Shown here: positions 50,529 to 59,305 of the stretch, piece after piece
Layout of the letters: the number at the start of each line of letters is the position of its first letter
Position numbering within the stretch: the stretch's first letter is position 1
DNA from: Rhodothermales bacterium
GTDB taxonomy: Bacteria > Bacteroidota > Rhodothermia > Rhodothermales > VXPQ01
Assembly (NCBI GenBank): GCA_040904565.1
Contig: JBBDTI010000075.1
Location: 1-64,000, forward strand
Reading direction: 5' to 3'
Length of the DNA: 64,000 bases
Translations under genes and position numbers: made by a program
Notes under the pieces: generated by a model
Seen by the model: only the letters and a program-made list of their open reading frames with translations
Database searches by the model: none
Told to the model about the DNA's origin: nothing

Positions 50529-51227
50529 CTATTCGTCGACGTCACTCGGATCGATATCCATTACGCCGTGGCGCCAGGCCCATGTGACGAGAGCGGGGCG
50601 CCATTTTTCTTCGGTAAGGGCTCGAAGCTTGTCCACGTGGTTCCGCACCGTATGTTCGGATCGATCGAGCTCTTTGGCGATTTCCTTGTTGTTCAGGCCT
50701 CTGGCCACGTAATGGAGGACCTCGAGAAGCGTGCTGTTGATTCCCAGGTCGATGAGTTCACGGCGCATACGCTCCTCGCGCGACGCTTCTTCTCGCTGCT
50801 GTCTTTTCTCATCGACGATGTCTACAGCGACGCGCGGGCTTACGTAGACACCACCCTCTGCGACGGTCCGTATGGCGGTGACGATATCTTCCAGCGATTC
50901 GTCCTTCGTCATGTATCCCGCGGCACCGGATTCGAGCAGGGCGAAGACATATTCCGGATCACGGAAACCGCTCAGCGGAAGAATCAGCACGTCGATCTTC
51001 TCGTTTTCTAGTTGGTGGGCTACCTCGACGCCCGTCATGTCGGGCATTTCCATGTCCAACAGCAACACGCAGGGGCGCTTCTCGCGTGCGAGCTTGATCG
51101 CCTCGGATCCGCTTCCGGCCTCACCAACCACCTCAATATCCGGTTCTCGATCCAGCTCCGTGCGAACGCCGGCTCGAAAGCCCGGGTGGTCATCGGCCAG
51201 AACGATTCGAATCGTAGAATTTTCCAT
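50529..51227 (-). CDS. NarL/LuxR-family response regulator
   Basis: IVLADDH, LLLDMEMP, YMTK; C-terminal HTH VARGLNNKEIAKELDRSEHTVRNH. Confidence 0.93.
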   Translation of the reverse strand: MENSTIRIVLADDHPGFRAGVRTELDREPDIEVVGEAGSGSEAIKLAREKRPCVLLLDMEMPDMTGVEVAHQLENEKIDVLILPLSGFRDPEYVFALLESGAAGYMTKDESLEDIVTAIRTVAEGGVYVSPRVAVDIVDEKRQQREEASREERMRRELIDLGINSTLLEVLHYVARGLNNKEIAKELDRSEHTVRNHVDKLRALTEEKWRPALVTWAWRHGVMDIDPSDVDE

Positions 51228-51286
51228 ACGGTCCCGTTAGCTGCCGTCTTGTTACGTGCCGCGCTGTCGCATTGGGTGCTGTTGGA

Positions 51287-54200
51287 TCACGCGTCCTGGT
51301 GTACCGGGCGTGGGGCCAGCACACGCACCGTAGTGCCGTCGCCCGGAGTGGATTCGAGGGTGAGGTTGGCTTCAATCGCCTCCGCCCATTCGGAGATGCC
51401 CAGCAGTCCGAAATGCTGACTTCGTGCCAGCGTCAACAGGCTCTTAGGAACGTTGAATCCGCGCCCGTCATCGGTGATTTCAAGGAGCACGCCGGAATCA
51501 TCCAGCTCGAAGCGCACGAGCACGTTAGATGCGTCGGCGTGCCGGATGACATTCGTGATTGCACTTTGATATATACGAAACAGGGAATGACGGAGATGCT
51601 CGTTCAGCTCCTGTCTGTCAGGCGCGAGATCAAGCGTAGCGTTCATGTTCGGCTGCGACCTCATGATCGTCCGCATATGAGCACGGATGGCTTTCTCCAG
51701 GCCGAATGGACCGAGAGAAGGCGGGCGAAGTTCGCCGCAGAGGATGCGCAGGTCTTCGGCCGTCTGCTGGACGACGCCATGGAGGTCTTCGAGCATCTTC
51801 TCGCGTTCAGAGTCGGCCGGGTCGCGAGCCAGGACCTCGATCTTGTGCCGAATCGAATAGAGATTCTGGAGCGGGCTGTCGTGCAGCTCGCGAGCGAGAT
51901 AATGCCGTTCTCGTTCTCGACCTTCCGTGAGAAGTCGTAGTGTTTCTGACTTTACGCGCTGCTCGCGATTATATCGGTACATGGCAACGGATCCTCCGAC
52001 GAGTCCGATCGCCAGAATGGCCGAAACCCGGAACCAGAGCGTCTGCCACCACGGCGGGATGATGCGCAGCCGGAGCCATACCGTGTTCCACGCGCCCTGG
52101 CTGTTTGCCGCGCGCACGCGGAAGATATACTCATCCTGCCGCGGTCTGAAGTTCGCGTAAGAAGCCCTTCCCAGGGATCCCGACATGTGCTGCCAGCCCG
52201 CGTCGTAGCCCTCCAGCCTGTACTGATACTGATGCATCGACGGATTCGTGAAGTCGAGGACGGCAAATTCGAGCGTGAAGAACCGGTCTGAGTACGAGAG
52301 GGATACGGTCTGCTCGGACGGGATTTCCCAATCGACGACCTCATCCATTTTCTTAAGCGTCGTGAATACGACGGGCGGCTGCCGGTCCTGATCGTATTCC
52401 GGCAGTGGAGGGCGGAAGTGACTGAAGCCGTTGCGGCCGCCGATGACGATCGAGCCGGTATGCGTAAGGAGGAGGGCGCCGGAACTGTACTGATTCGGAC
52501 TCAGTCCGTTGCGATCGTTGAAATGGCGCACCGTTGCCGTTTCCGGATCGAAATAAGTGAGTCGATTAGCAGCTGTGATCCAGAGGGCGCCATTTCCGTC
52601 GCCCGTAATGGAGAAATACGGTTCCGGTGTGAAGCCCTCGTCGATTGTGTAGCGGGTCACCTGTTCACTGGCCGGATCGAATCGATTCAGGCCACCGTAG
52701 GTGCCGAGCCAGAGGATGCCGTCCGCGTCCTCGTAGATCGAAGCGATCCGGTCGTGGCTCAGGGAGGCGTCGTTCCGGGGAGCGTGTCGGTACGTCGTAA
52801 ACGTTTCCGTTGCCCTGTCGAACCGGTTGAGTCCACCACCGACCGTGCCGATCCACAGCGTCCCTTTGCGGTCCTCATAAATGACCTGGACGCTGTTGTC
52901 GCTCAGCGTCGTCGGATCGTACGGGTCGTTCCGATATCTCGTGAACGTTCCTTTGACGGGATCGAGCCTGCTGAGCCCGCCCCCATCCGTTGCAGCCCAG
53001 ACGTAACCAGACGCTGCGACGTGAACGTCCAGTATCGCATTGGAGCCGATCGAGGACGGATCATCAGGTGCATAGCCGTAGTGGGTCGTTCGGCCCGTCG
53101 CGTGATCGTAGGAGAAGAGACCGTCACCGTTCGTACCTATCCAGAGGTTGCCGCCGAGGTCTTCGTCGATCCCCGTGACGACGCTGTTGTGGAACCACGC
53201 GGCCGAATTCGGTGCTTCGATACGGCGAAACGTTTCCGTCCGGAGGTCAAAGCAATCGATGCCACCTCCATCCGTACCGATCCAGAGCACATTCGGCTGG
53301 TTCGCACCGCGGTGCAGCGCGAGCACGTCGTCGTTAGAGAGAGAGTTGGGATCACCTTCCACGTGGGTATAATGTTGATGGCGTTCCTGCGCGAGGTTGT
53401 AGATGGAAAGGCCGCGGCTGCTGCCTACCCATAGATTGCCGGCTCTATCCTCGTACAGTTCGGTGACGATATTGCTTGCGATGCTGGAAGGATCGCTCTC
53501 GTCATACATGAATCGTCGGAATTGCCGGGTGGCTCGGTCGTAGCGTGCGAGTCCACCATCGTAGGTTCCGACCCACAGAACGCCTCGAGAATCCTGTAGA
53601 ATGCTCCAGACCTTGTTGTCGCCGATCGTGCCGGGATCATCCGGGGCGTGGGTGAAGGCTTCGAAGGACGTCATGGATGCATCGAGGCGGTTGAGTCCAC
53701 CTCCGGAGATACCGATCCATACGTCGCCGAACTGATCGGATTCGATGGCGCGAATCCGGTTACCCGTCAGATGCGGCGTGTCGACCTGGTCTGCCGTGAA
53801 CCGTGTGACGGTACGCGATACGGGATCGAGTCGATTTAGTCCGCCGTCCCAGGTGCCCACCAGCAGGTTTCCCTCAGCATCCTCCCCGAGGCACCAGATC
53901 TTATCGTGGCTGAGGCTTCGCGGATTGCCGGGTTCGTGGCGGAAATGTTCGAAGCGGCCGCTCTCCCTATCGAGGCGTGCGAGCCCCTCTAAGGTTCCGA
54001 TCCAGATCCTGCCGGATGCATCTTCGTGGAGCGACGTTACGACGGCGCTGTTCAGCCCGTCAGGCCGATTGCACGGCTCGACGCCGCAGTCGTAGACCGG
54101 ATAGCGGATGAACGCGTTCCGTTCTCGATCGAAGCGATTGAGTCCACCCCAGCGCGTGGCAATCCAGATGTTGCCCTCCTCGTCTTCAAGCAGGTCCTCG

Positions 54201-54520
54201 ACACGACTATCTGCCAGGGAGAGCGTGTCGTCCGACTCATGTTCGTAGACCGTAAAGCTGTTTCCGTCGTACTTGTTCAGCCCGCTCTCCGTGCCGATCC
54301 ACATGAATCCGTAGCGATCCTGGAGGATCGCATACACCACGTTATTAGAAAGTCCATCCTGAGCAGAGAGCCGCGTAAACCGGTAGCGCGTCTCATCGAT
54401 CGGCTCGGAGAACGCCGACCCTGCGAGCACAATCGTGCCACTCAACAAGATCAACAAATGTACGAGCCTGTCCGTGCACCACGTCGTCACGCTACGATGT
54501 GAAGGATAAACGGGAGGCAT
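51287..54520 (-). CDS. Sensor histidine kinase: 14 beta-propeller (Reg_prop) repeats, Y_Y_Y domain, TM, HisKA_3, HATPase
   Basis: 14 W[IV]GT.GGL..[FY]D-type repeats counted by eye; YQYRLEGYD; PPWWQT; ERHYLARELHD; EITDDGRGF. Exact start uncertain. Confidence 0.93.
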   Translation of the reverse strand: MPPVYPSHRSVTTWCTDRLVHLLILLSGTIVLAGSAFSEPIDETRYRFTRLSAQDGLSNNVVYAILQDRYGFMWIGTESGLNKYDGNSFTVYEHESDDTLSLADSRVEDLLEDEEGNIWIATRWGGLNRFDRERNAFIRYPVYDCGVEPCNRPDGLNSAVVTSLHEDASGRIWIGTLEGLARLDRESGRFEHFRHEPGNPRSLSHDKIWCLGEDAEGNLLVGTWDGGLNRLDPVSRTVTRFTADQVDTPHLTGNRIRAIESDQFGDVWIGISGGGLNRLDASMTSFEAFTHAPDDPGTIGDNKVWSILQDSRGVLWVGTYDGGLARYDRATRQFRRFMYDESDPSSIASNIVTELYEDRAGNLWVGSSRGLSIYNLAQERHQHYTHVEGDPNSLSNDDVLALHRGANQPNVLWIGTDGGGIDCFDLRTETFRRIEAPNSAAWFHNSVVTGIDEDLGGNLWIGTNGDGLFSYDHATGRTTHYGYAPDDPSSIGSNAILDVHVAASGYVWAATDGGGLSRLDPVKGTFTRYRNDPYDPTTLSDNSVQVIYEDRKGTLWIGTVGGGLNRFDRATETFTTYRHAPRNDASLSHDRIASIYEDADGILWLGTYGGLNRFDPASEQVTRYTIDEGFTPEPYFSITGDGNGALWITAANRLTYFDPETATVRHFNDRNGLSPNQYSSGALLLTHTGSIVIGGRNGFSHFRPPLPEYDQDRQPPVVFTTLKKMDEVVDWEIPSEQTVSLSYSDRFFTLEFAVLDFTNPSMHQYQYRLEGYDAGWQHMSGSLGRASYANFRPRQDEYIFRVRAANSQGAWNTVWLRLRIIPPWWQTLWFRVSAILAIGLVGGSVAMYRYNREQRVKSETLRLLTEGRERERHYLARELHDSPLQNLYSIRHKIEVLARDPADSEREKMLEDLHGVVQQTAEDLRILCGELRPPSLGPFGLEKAIRAHMRTIMRSQPNMNATLDLAPDRQELNEHLRHSLFRIYQSAITNVIRHADASNVLVRFELDDSGVLLEITDDGRGFNVPKSLLTLARSQHFGLLGISEWAEAIEANLTLESTPGDGTTVRVLAPRPVHQDA

Positions 54521-54683
54521 CTGCGGTGATGGTCCGGGAGGTTTTGACGAGGTCTCGGAGGCAGCACCCCTCCGCATGCTACCGTGCCACGCCGGCTCTG
54601 TCCATCACGGCGAGCGGAAGCGGGCCGTGTTGTGCAGTGACGTGCGGTACGGCCTCATGCTGGGTTGCACGATGCCGTGTGGT

Positions 54684-54725
54684 GCTGCGTTGTTTCTGGC
54701 GTGTCGCGCTGCGTTGTTTCGGGCG
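54684..54725. repeat. Direct repeat with 24-bp period in the kinase upstream region
   Basis: gctgcgttgtttctggcg at 54684 and gctgcgttgtttcgggcg at 54708 (17/18 identical). Confidence 0.85.
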
Positions 54726-54752
54726 CCGTGCGCCATGCTGCTTCGATGGCGT

Positions 54753-54780
54753 AAGATACTATGTTTCAGACTGTTGTAAA
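54753..54780 (-). promoter_or_regulatory. Possible sigma70 promoter for the kinase-regulator operon
   Basis: Minus strand TTTACA-N16-TATCTT. Confidence 0.4.
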
Positions 54781-54839
54781 GGGGGCATATCCCCGCGCCG
54801 ACGGAATTGGTGCGGCTCATTGCTGGCGCACGCCTGATT

Positions 54840-54891
54840 CGTAGTGTCGCAGTGTCACGACCGTAGTGTGAGAGTGCCTGCTGCGTAGTGT
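54840..54891 (+). promoter_or_regulatory. Three CGTAGTGT direct repeats with exact 22-bp period; candidate regulator binding sites
   Basis: CGTAGTGT at 54840, 54862 and 54884. The first two copies extend as CGTAGTGTnnnAGTG. Confidence 0.6.
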
Positions 54892-55161
54892 CTGACCGCC
54901 ACTCATTCAGGTAGAGATTGCCACCGGAATGGCAGTCTCAACTCATGACAATATCAACGGATACCGCGTACTTGTCTCCAGATCGTGCAGGGGCCGGTTC
55001 AATGCAGGGACTGGACTCATACAGCGCCCCGTCCCATGGACGGTCCCATATTCGGTCACATACAGCGTTCGGTGCAAGAATGCCGGTGCAAAAATGATCG
55101 AACGACGGCGGACTCCGTCGGACCACCCTCACTGTCCTACTGACTGAATTCGTAAGATGCC

Positions 55162-55335
55162 ATGAAACAATTTGTTTCCATCTTTCTCTCCGCCGTTTTC
55201 GCCTCCGCCATCTTGATCGGATGTGGATTTGTCGATAGCAATACGAGCCGTGTCGAATCCGAGGAGCCGACGACCATCGAGAGAACCAATATCGGAGCCT
55301 TTGCTACGGCCGATACCACGGGATTCGAGGGATAG
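55162..55335 (+). CDS. Small (57 aa) putative lipoprotein or secreted peptide, below the ORF-track cutoff
   Basis: MKQFVSIFLSAVFASAILIG-CGFVDSNTSRVESEEPTTIERTNIGAFATADTTGFEG*: basic N-terminus, hydrophobic core, lipobox LIGC. A plus-strand terminator follows. Confidence 0.75.
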   Translation: MKQFVSIFLSAVFASAILIGCGFVDSNTSRVESEEPTTIERTNIGAFATADTTGFEG

Positions 55336-55359
55336 TGTGAAGGGCTGTCTCTTGTGAAC

Positions 55360-55557
55360 ACAACGTCGGAAGACGTACGACAATCCGTGCCTCGTTGCAC
55401 ATCTAATGCTGCAGGGAGTAAGGGGATGACTCCCTTGCGGCCGCGAGACGGCGTCACGCAACGTGATGCCTGCACGGAACGGCGAAGTCTGACAACGGAC
55501 TTCGTATAAGGATCCGCGCCACCCGCAGCTCTCTCCGGGTGGCGCGGATTTTTTTTT
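55360..55557 (+). ncRNA. Candidate structured RNA or 3' UTR: consecutive hairpins ending in a terminator
   Basis: Hairpins at 55363-55376, 55408-55441, 55450-55470, 55483-55504 and 55512-55549. G-U pairs favour the + strand. Confidence 0.45.
55512..55557 (+). terminator. Strong intrinsic terminator
   Basis: Perfect 14-bp stem ATCCGCGCCACCCG/CGGGTGGCGCGGAT followed by a run of T. Confidence 0.92.
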
Positions 55558-55601
55558 GCTTCCTCGGTGCCGGTGCCGGTGCCTCAGGAGTAACCGGTGC
55601 C

Positions 55602-56744
55602 TCAGACGTAATCGGGGGCGCTCTGCACGTCCACCAGTTTTCTTGAGATGGTGCTGATCGACTCGGCGCCGTTGTTCGTGACGACGACATCGTCTTCGAT
55701 GCGGGCACCTCCAAGCTGTGGGATGTAGATGCCCGGCTCGATCGTAAACGTCATACCTTCCTCCAGAACCACGTCGTTGTTTGCTCGGATGTAAGGCGGC
55801 TCGTGGACGTCGAGGCCGAGGCCGTGTCCCGTTCGATGGATAAACCGGGACCCGAATCCGGCGTTCTCTACGACGGCGCGTGCGGCACGATCGACCTGGC
55901 CTGCCGTTCTTCCCGGGGCGGCCGCGTCGCGCGCTGCGCTATTGGCCTCCCTCACGATGTGGACGATGCGATGCAGATCGTCCGGTACCGGGCCGTAGCT
56001 AAACATTCGTGTCAGGTCGGAGAAATAGCCTTCGGCATTCGCCCCCCAGTCTACCAGCAAAAGATCGCCTTCAGCGAGTGGCCGGTCTCCCGGGACTGCG
56101 TGCGGGTTGGCGGTCGAGGAGCCAAAGGCCACGATTGGAGAGAAGGGCAGCCGGGGCGCGCTGCCGCCTTCAAGGAGGTAGGCAGTCAGACGGGATGCCA
56201 GCTCTCTCTCCGTGATGCCGGGCGTGACGTGCGACAGTACGCGCTCGAGCGCCTTCTCGGCGATGTGTACGGCCCGGCGAATACGTGCCACTTCGTCGGC
56301 ATCCTTACGGGCGCGCAGGACCGACAGCGCCTCGGCACCATCCACAAACGCGGCTCGTGGTGCCGCGTGCTCGAAATAGCGAAGCTCCAGTACGCGGAAT
56401 CGTTCCGGTTCGAGTCCGATCGTGGCAAAGTCGAGCCGTGCCTCGTCCGACGCCCGCTGAAACGCCCGCTGCCATGTCGTTGTGTCCTCGCCATATGCAT
56501 GGATCTGTGCATCAAAGCCGATGTTCGAAGTTTTCTCTGTCTCGAGCTCGGGCAGGACCAACAGCGGAACCCCGTCCTTGCGGAAAATACCGACGACAGG
56601 ACGTTCGCTGAGGTGGAACGAGAGCCCCGTCAAATACGTCATTGATGAACCCGCATTCAGAAGCAGCGCGTCCAGCCCCAGTCTATCGAATTGTTCGCCC
56701 AGTCGTCGCTGTCGATCTTCGAGCTGATTGTTCGGTTTGGTCAT
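55602..56744 (-). CDS. Xaa-Pro aminopeptidase/dipeptidase (M24B)
   Basis: Creatinase-like N domain; ANPH, VDWG..YFSDLTR, HRTGHGLGLDVHEPP, TIEPGIY, RIEDD. Confidence 0.93.
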   Translation of the reverse strand: MTKPNNQLEDRQRRLGEQFDRLGLDALLLNAGSSMTYLTGLSFHLSERPVVGIFRKDGVPLLVLPELETEKTSNIGFDAQIHAYGEDTTTWQRAFQRASDEARLDFATIGLEPERFRVLELRYFEHAAPRAAFVDGAEALSVLRARKDADEVARIRRAVHIAEKALERVLSHVTPGITERELASRLTAYLLEGGSAPRLPFSPIVAFGSSTANPHAVPGDRPLAEGDLLLVDWGANAEGYFSDLTRMFSYGPVPDDLHRIVHIVREANSAARDAAAPGRTAGQVDRAARAVVENAGFGSRFIHRTGHGLGLDVHEPPYIRANNDVVLEEGMTFTIEPGIYIPQLGGARIEDDVVVTNNGAESISTISRKLVDVQSAPDYV

Positions 56745-56927
56745 GCGCCATATGCGAGATATTCTGAAGTAGTGGTCGACTTTTGCGTAAGTTGCTCGGC
56801 GTGGATAGATTTGGAAGCGGATTCATGGGGATCGTTTCCGTTCATTTATTCTTCACTACGACAGGAAAACACCCGTACTCCGCGCGCAGTAAGCTCCGCG
56901 TAGACCTATTCGCGACGTTCATCCGTA

Positions 56928-58370
56928 ATGACCTTTTTTGCATTCGGTGTAAATCACCTCAGAGCTCCGGTCGACGTACGTGAAGCTTTTGCGCTCGACG
57001 AAGAGGGCAAACGTGGCTTGTATCGTCAGCTCGAACTCGGGCCATCCTCCGAACTTCTGCTGCTTTCTACGTGCAATCGTACCGAAGCGTATCTATATGG
57101 TACGGAGCCGGACGTCGAGGTGGTAAGGGGGGCCCTGAGTGATGCGGCCGGGACGACGTGGCCTGAAGAGAGTGCCTTCTTCTTTCAGGACGAGGCAGCG
57201 ATCCAGCACGTTCTCGAGGTAGCGGCCGGACTCAAATCGCTCGTACTCGGGGATGCGCAGATTTTTTCACAACTGAAGGAGGGATACCGGATCGCCGTCG
57301 AGGAGCAGCGGATGGATACGACGATGCACCGCCTCCTTCATACTGCTTTTCGCACGGCGAAGCGCGTCATCAACGAGACGGATCTGTCGACCGGTGCCGC
57401 GTCGATACCGCATCAGGCCGTCGAGGCCGCAAAGGCGCATGTTCGATCTCACCGCGGACAGGCGCTCGATGCGCTGAGCGCGCTCGTCGTGGGGTCGGGG
57501 AGCATGGGACTCATTGCGGCGGAGGCGCTCTGTCTGGAACGCATTCGCAGTCTGTCCTTTACGAACCGGTCGGAGGAGCGTGGACGTGCGGCCTCATCGA
57601 AGTATCACGCGACATTCGTTCCATGGAGCGACCGATATCAGGCGGCGGCGGCGGCGGATGTAGTCATCGTAGCGACGTCGGCGGAAGAGCCTGTGCTGTT
57701 CTTCGAGCCGTTTCGCGACGCGGGCGTGTCCGACGGCCTGCTTATCATCGACATCTCCGTGCCGCGGAACGTGGAGCGAGGTATCGAAGAGCTGCCGGGC
57801 ATCCACGTAATCAACGTGGACCAGCTCATAGAGGTCGCGGAAGGGACGCAGGAGGTACGGGCATCGGCCGTACCCGATGCCCGCCGCATCGTTGACGAGA
57901 TGCTCGGGGAATTCGTGTCCTGGGTATTTCACCATCAAGCCTTGCAGCCGGCGATTCGAGCCATCGGGGAGACGTTCGAGGCGATTCGCGTACAGGAGGT
58001 CAACCGGCACCATCAGCGCTTCTCAGAGGCGGACCGAGCCGAGCTCGACCGGATTACGCGATCGATCATCCAGAAGCTGCTCGCCGTACCGATCGTCCGT
58101 CTCAAGAGCGTCGACCCGGAGAGCATTAATTTTGCGCACGGTATTCGCCTGCTGCATGCGCTGTTCGAGCGACAGGAGTGTGAAGACGATCGAGTCGGCA
58201 CGTCGAGCGATGCGCCGCCATTGGATTCGCGATCCGAAGCGCTTAGAGAAGACTGTCCGATCGAGCCGCAGCTGCCCGGCGCTCCCTTTGCCGACGAAGA
58301 GCTGGAGATGGATCTCAGAGATATTCTCCGCTCCTTTCCCGGCCGGGATGAAGGAACGACGGCGTCATGA
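56928..58370 (+). CDS. hemA: Glutamyl-tRNA reductase
   Basis: GVNH..APVDVRE, LLSTCNRTE, AFRTAKRV, GSGSMG, DISVPRNV; first gene of hemA-hemC-hemD. Confidence 0.93.
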   Translation: MTFFAFGVNHLRAPVDVREAFALDEEGKRGLYRQLELGPSSELLLLSTCNRTEAYLYGTEPDVEVVRGALSDAAGTTWPEESAFFFQDEAAIQHVLEVAAGLKSLVLGDAQIFSQLKEGYRIAVEEQRMDTTMHRLLHTAFRTAKRVINETDLSTGAASIPHQAVEAAKAHVRSHRGQALDALSALVVGSGSMGLIAAEALCLERIRSLSFTNRSEERGRAASSKYHATFVPWSDRYQAAAAADVVIVATSAEEPVLFFEPFRDAGVSDGLLIIDISVPRNVERGIEELPGIHVINVDQLIEVAEGTQEVRASAVPDARRIVDEMLGEFVSWVFHHQALQPAIRAIGETFEAIRVQEVNRHHQRFSEADRAELDRITRSIIQKLLAVPIVRLKSVDPESINFAHGIRLLHALFERQECEDDRVGTSSDAPPLDSRSEALREDCPIEPQLPGAPFADEELEMDLRDILRSFPGRDEGTTAS

Positions 58371-59305
58371 GCGCCGATTCGCTCGTTCTGGGAACGAGAG
58401 GGAGTGCGCTCGCGCTTCGACAGGCCCGACTCGTGCAACAACAGCTCGACGACCTGGGATACGAGGTCGAGCTCCGCATCATCAAGACCACGGGCGATCG
58501 GATTCTCGACGTACCGTTATCCGACATCGGCGATAAGGGCCTGTTTACGAAGGAACTCGATCTCGCGCTCCTGGAGGGTTCGATTCAGCTCGCCGTACAT
58601 TCATTGAAGGATCTGCCGACGCGGCTTCCGGACGGGCTGGTTATCGCCGCCGTGACGGAGCGTGAGGATCCTCGAGACGCCTTTGTGGCCCATCCCGCTT
58701 TTAGTGGGGCGCTCGTGGACGTTCCTGAGGGAGCGATGATCGCGACGGCGTCCCTGCGCCGGCGCGCTCAGCTGAAGGCCTGGCGCAGCGATCTACGCAT
58801 CGAGCCCGTCCGTGGCAACGTCGACACGCGTCTGCAAAAGCTCGACGGAGGAGACTGGACGGGCATCGTGCTTGCCGCTGCCGGACTCCTGCGCCTCGGC
58901 ATGGAGGAGCGCATCACGGAGGCCATCGATCCTGCGTTCATGCTGCCCGCCGTCGGACAGGGTGCGCTGGCTATCGTGTGTGCGGAATCCGACATGCCCA
59001 CGCAAGATCTACTTCGATCCGTCCTCCACCATTCCGATACAGCTAATGCCGTTATTGCAGAAAGGGCACTCCTCCATCGACTCCAGGGTGGGTGCTCCAT
59101 ACCCGTGGGCTGTTACGCTACGGTACACCAGGATCGTCTGGTGATGGAGGGATGCGTGGCGGATCTGGAAGGCCGGCGTGTCGTTCGCGGCAGCATAGAA
59201 GGCGTCGTTTCGGATGCGGAAGTGATGGGGCGCGAACTGGGAGACGAACTCATAGCGCGGGGGGCCGGCGCCATCCTGGATGAGATTCGTAACGCGTCGT
59301 CATGA
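58367..59305 (+). CDS. hemC: Hydroxymethylbilane synthase (porphobilinogen deaminase)
   Basis: GTRGSALAL, KGLFTKEL, AVHSLKD, RGNVDTRL, PAVGQGAL, GGCSIP. Confidence 0.97.
   Translation: MSADSLVLGTRGSALALRQARLVQQQLDDLGYEVELRIIKTTGDRILDVPLSDIGDKGLFTKELDLALLEGSIQLAVHSLKDLPTRLPDGLVIAAVTEREDPRDAFVAHPAFSGALVDVPEGAMIATASLRRRAQLKAWRSDLRIEPVRGNVDTRLQKLDGGDWTGIVLAAAGLLRLGMEERITEAIDPAFMLPAVGQGALAIVCAESDMPTQDLLRSVLHHSDTANAVIAERALLHRLQGGCSIPVGCYATVHQDRLVMEGCVADLEGRRVVRGSIEGVVSDAEVMGRELGDELIARGAGAILDEIRNASS

Noticed and set aside
54945-55097. 50-aa plus-strand ORF upstream of the lipopeptide gene
   Set aside because: No RBS, signal peptide or motif, and it overlaps predicted RNA hairpins. It cannot be excluded as a leader peptide but is unsupported.
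55565-55605. (CGGTGC)3 and duplicated CCGGTGCCTCAG at the Xaa-Pro peptidase stop
   Set aside because: A very short slippage-type duplication with no evident function.
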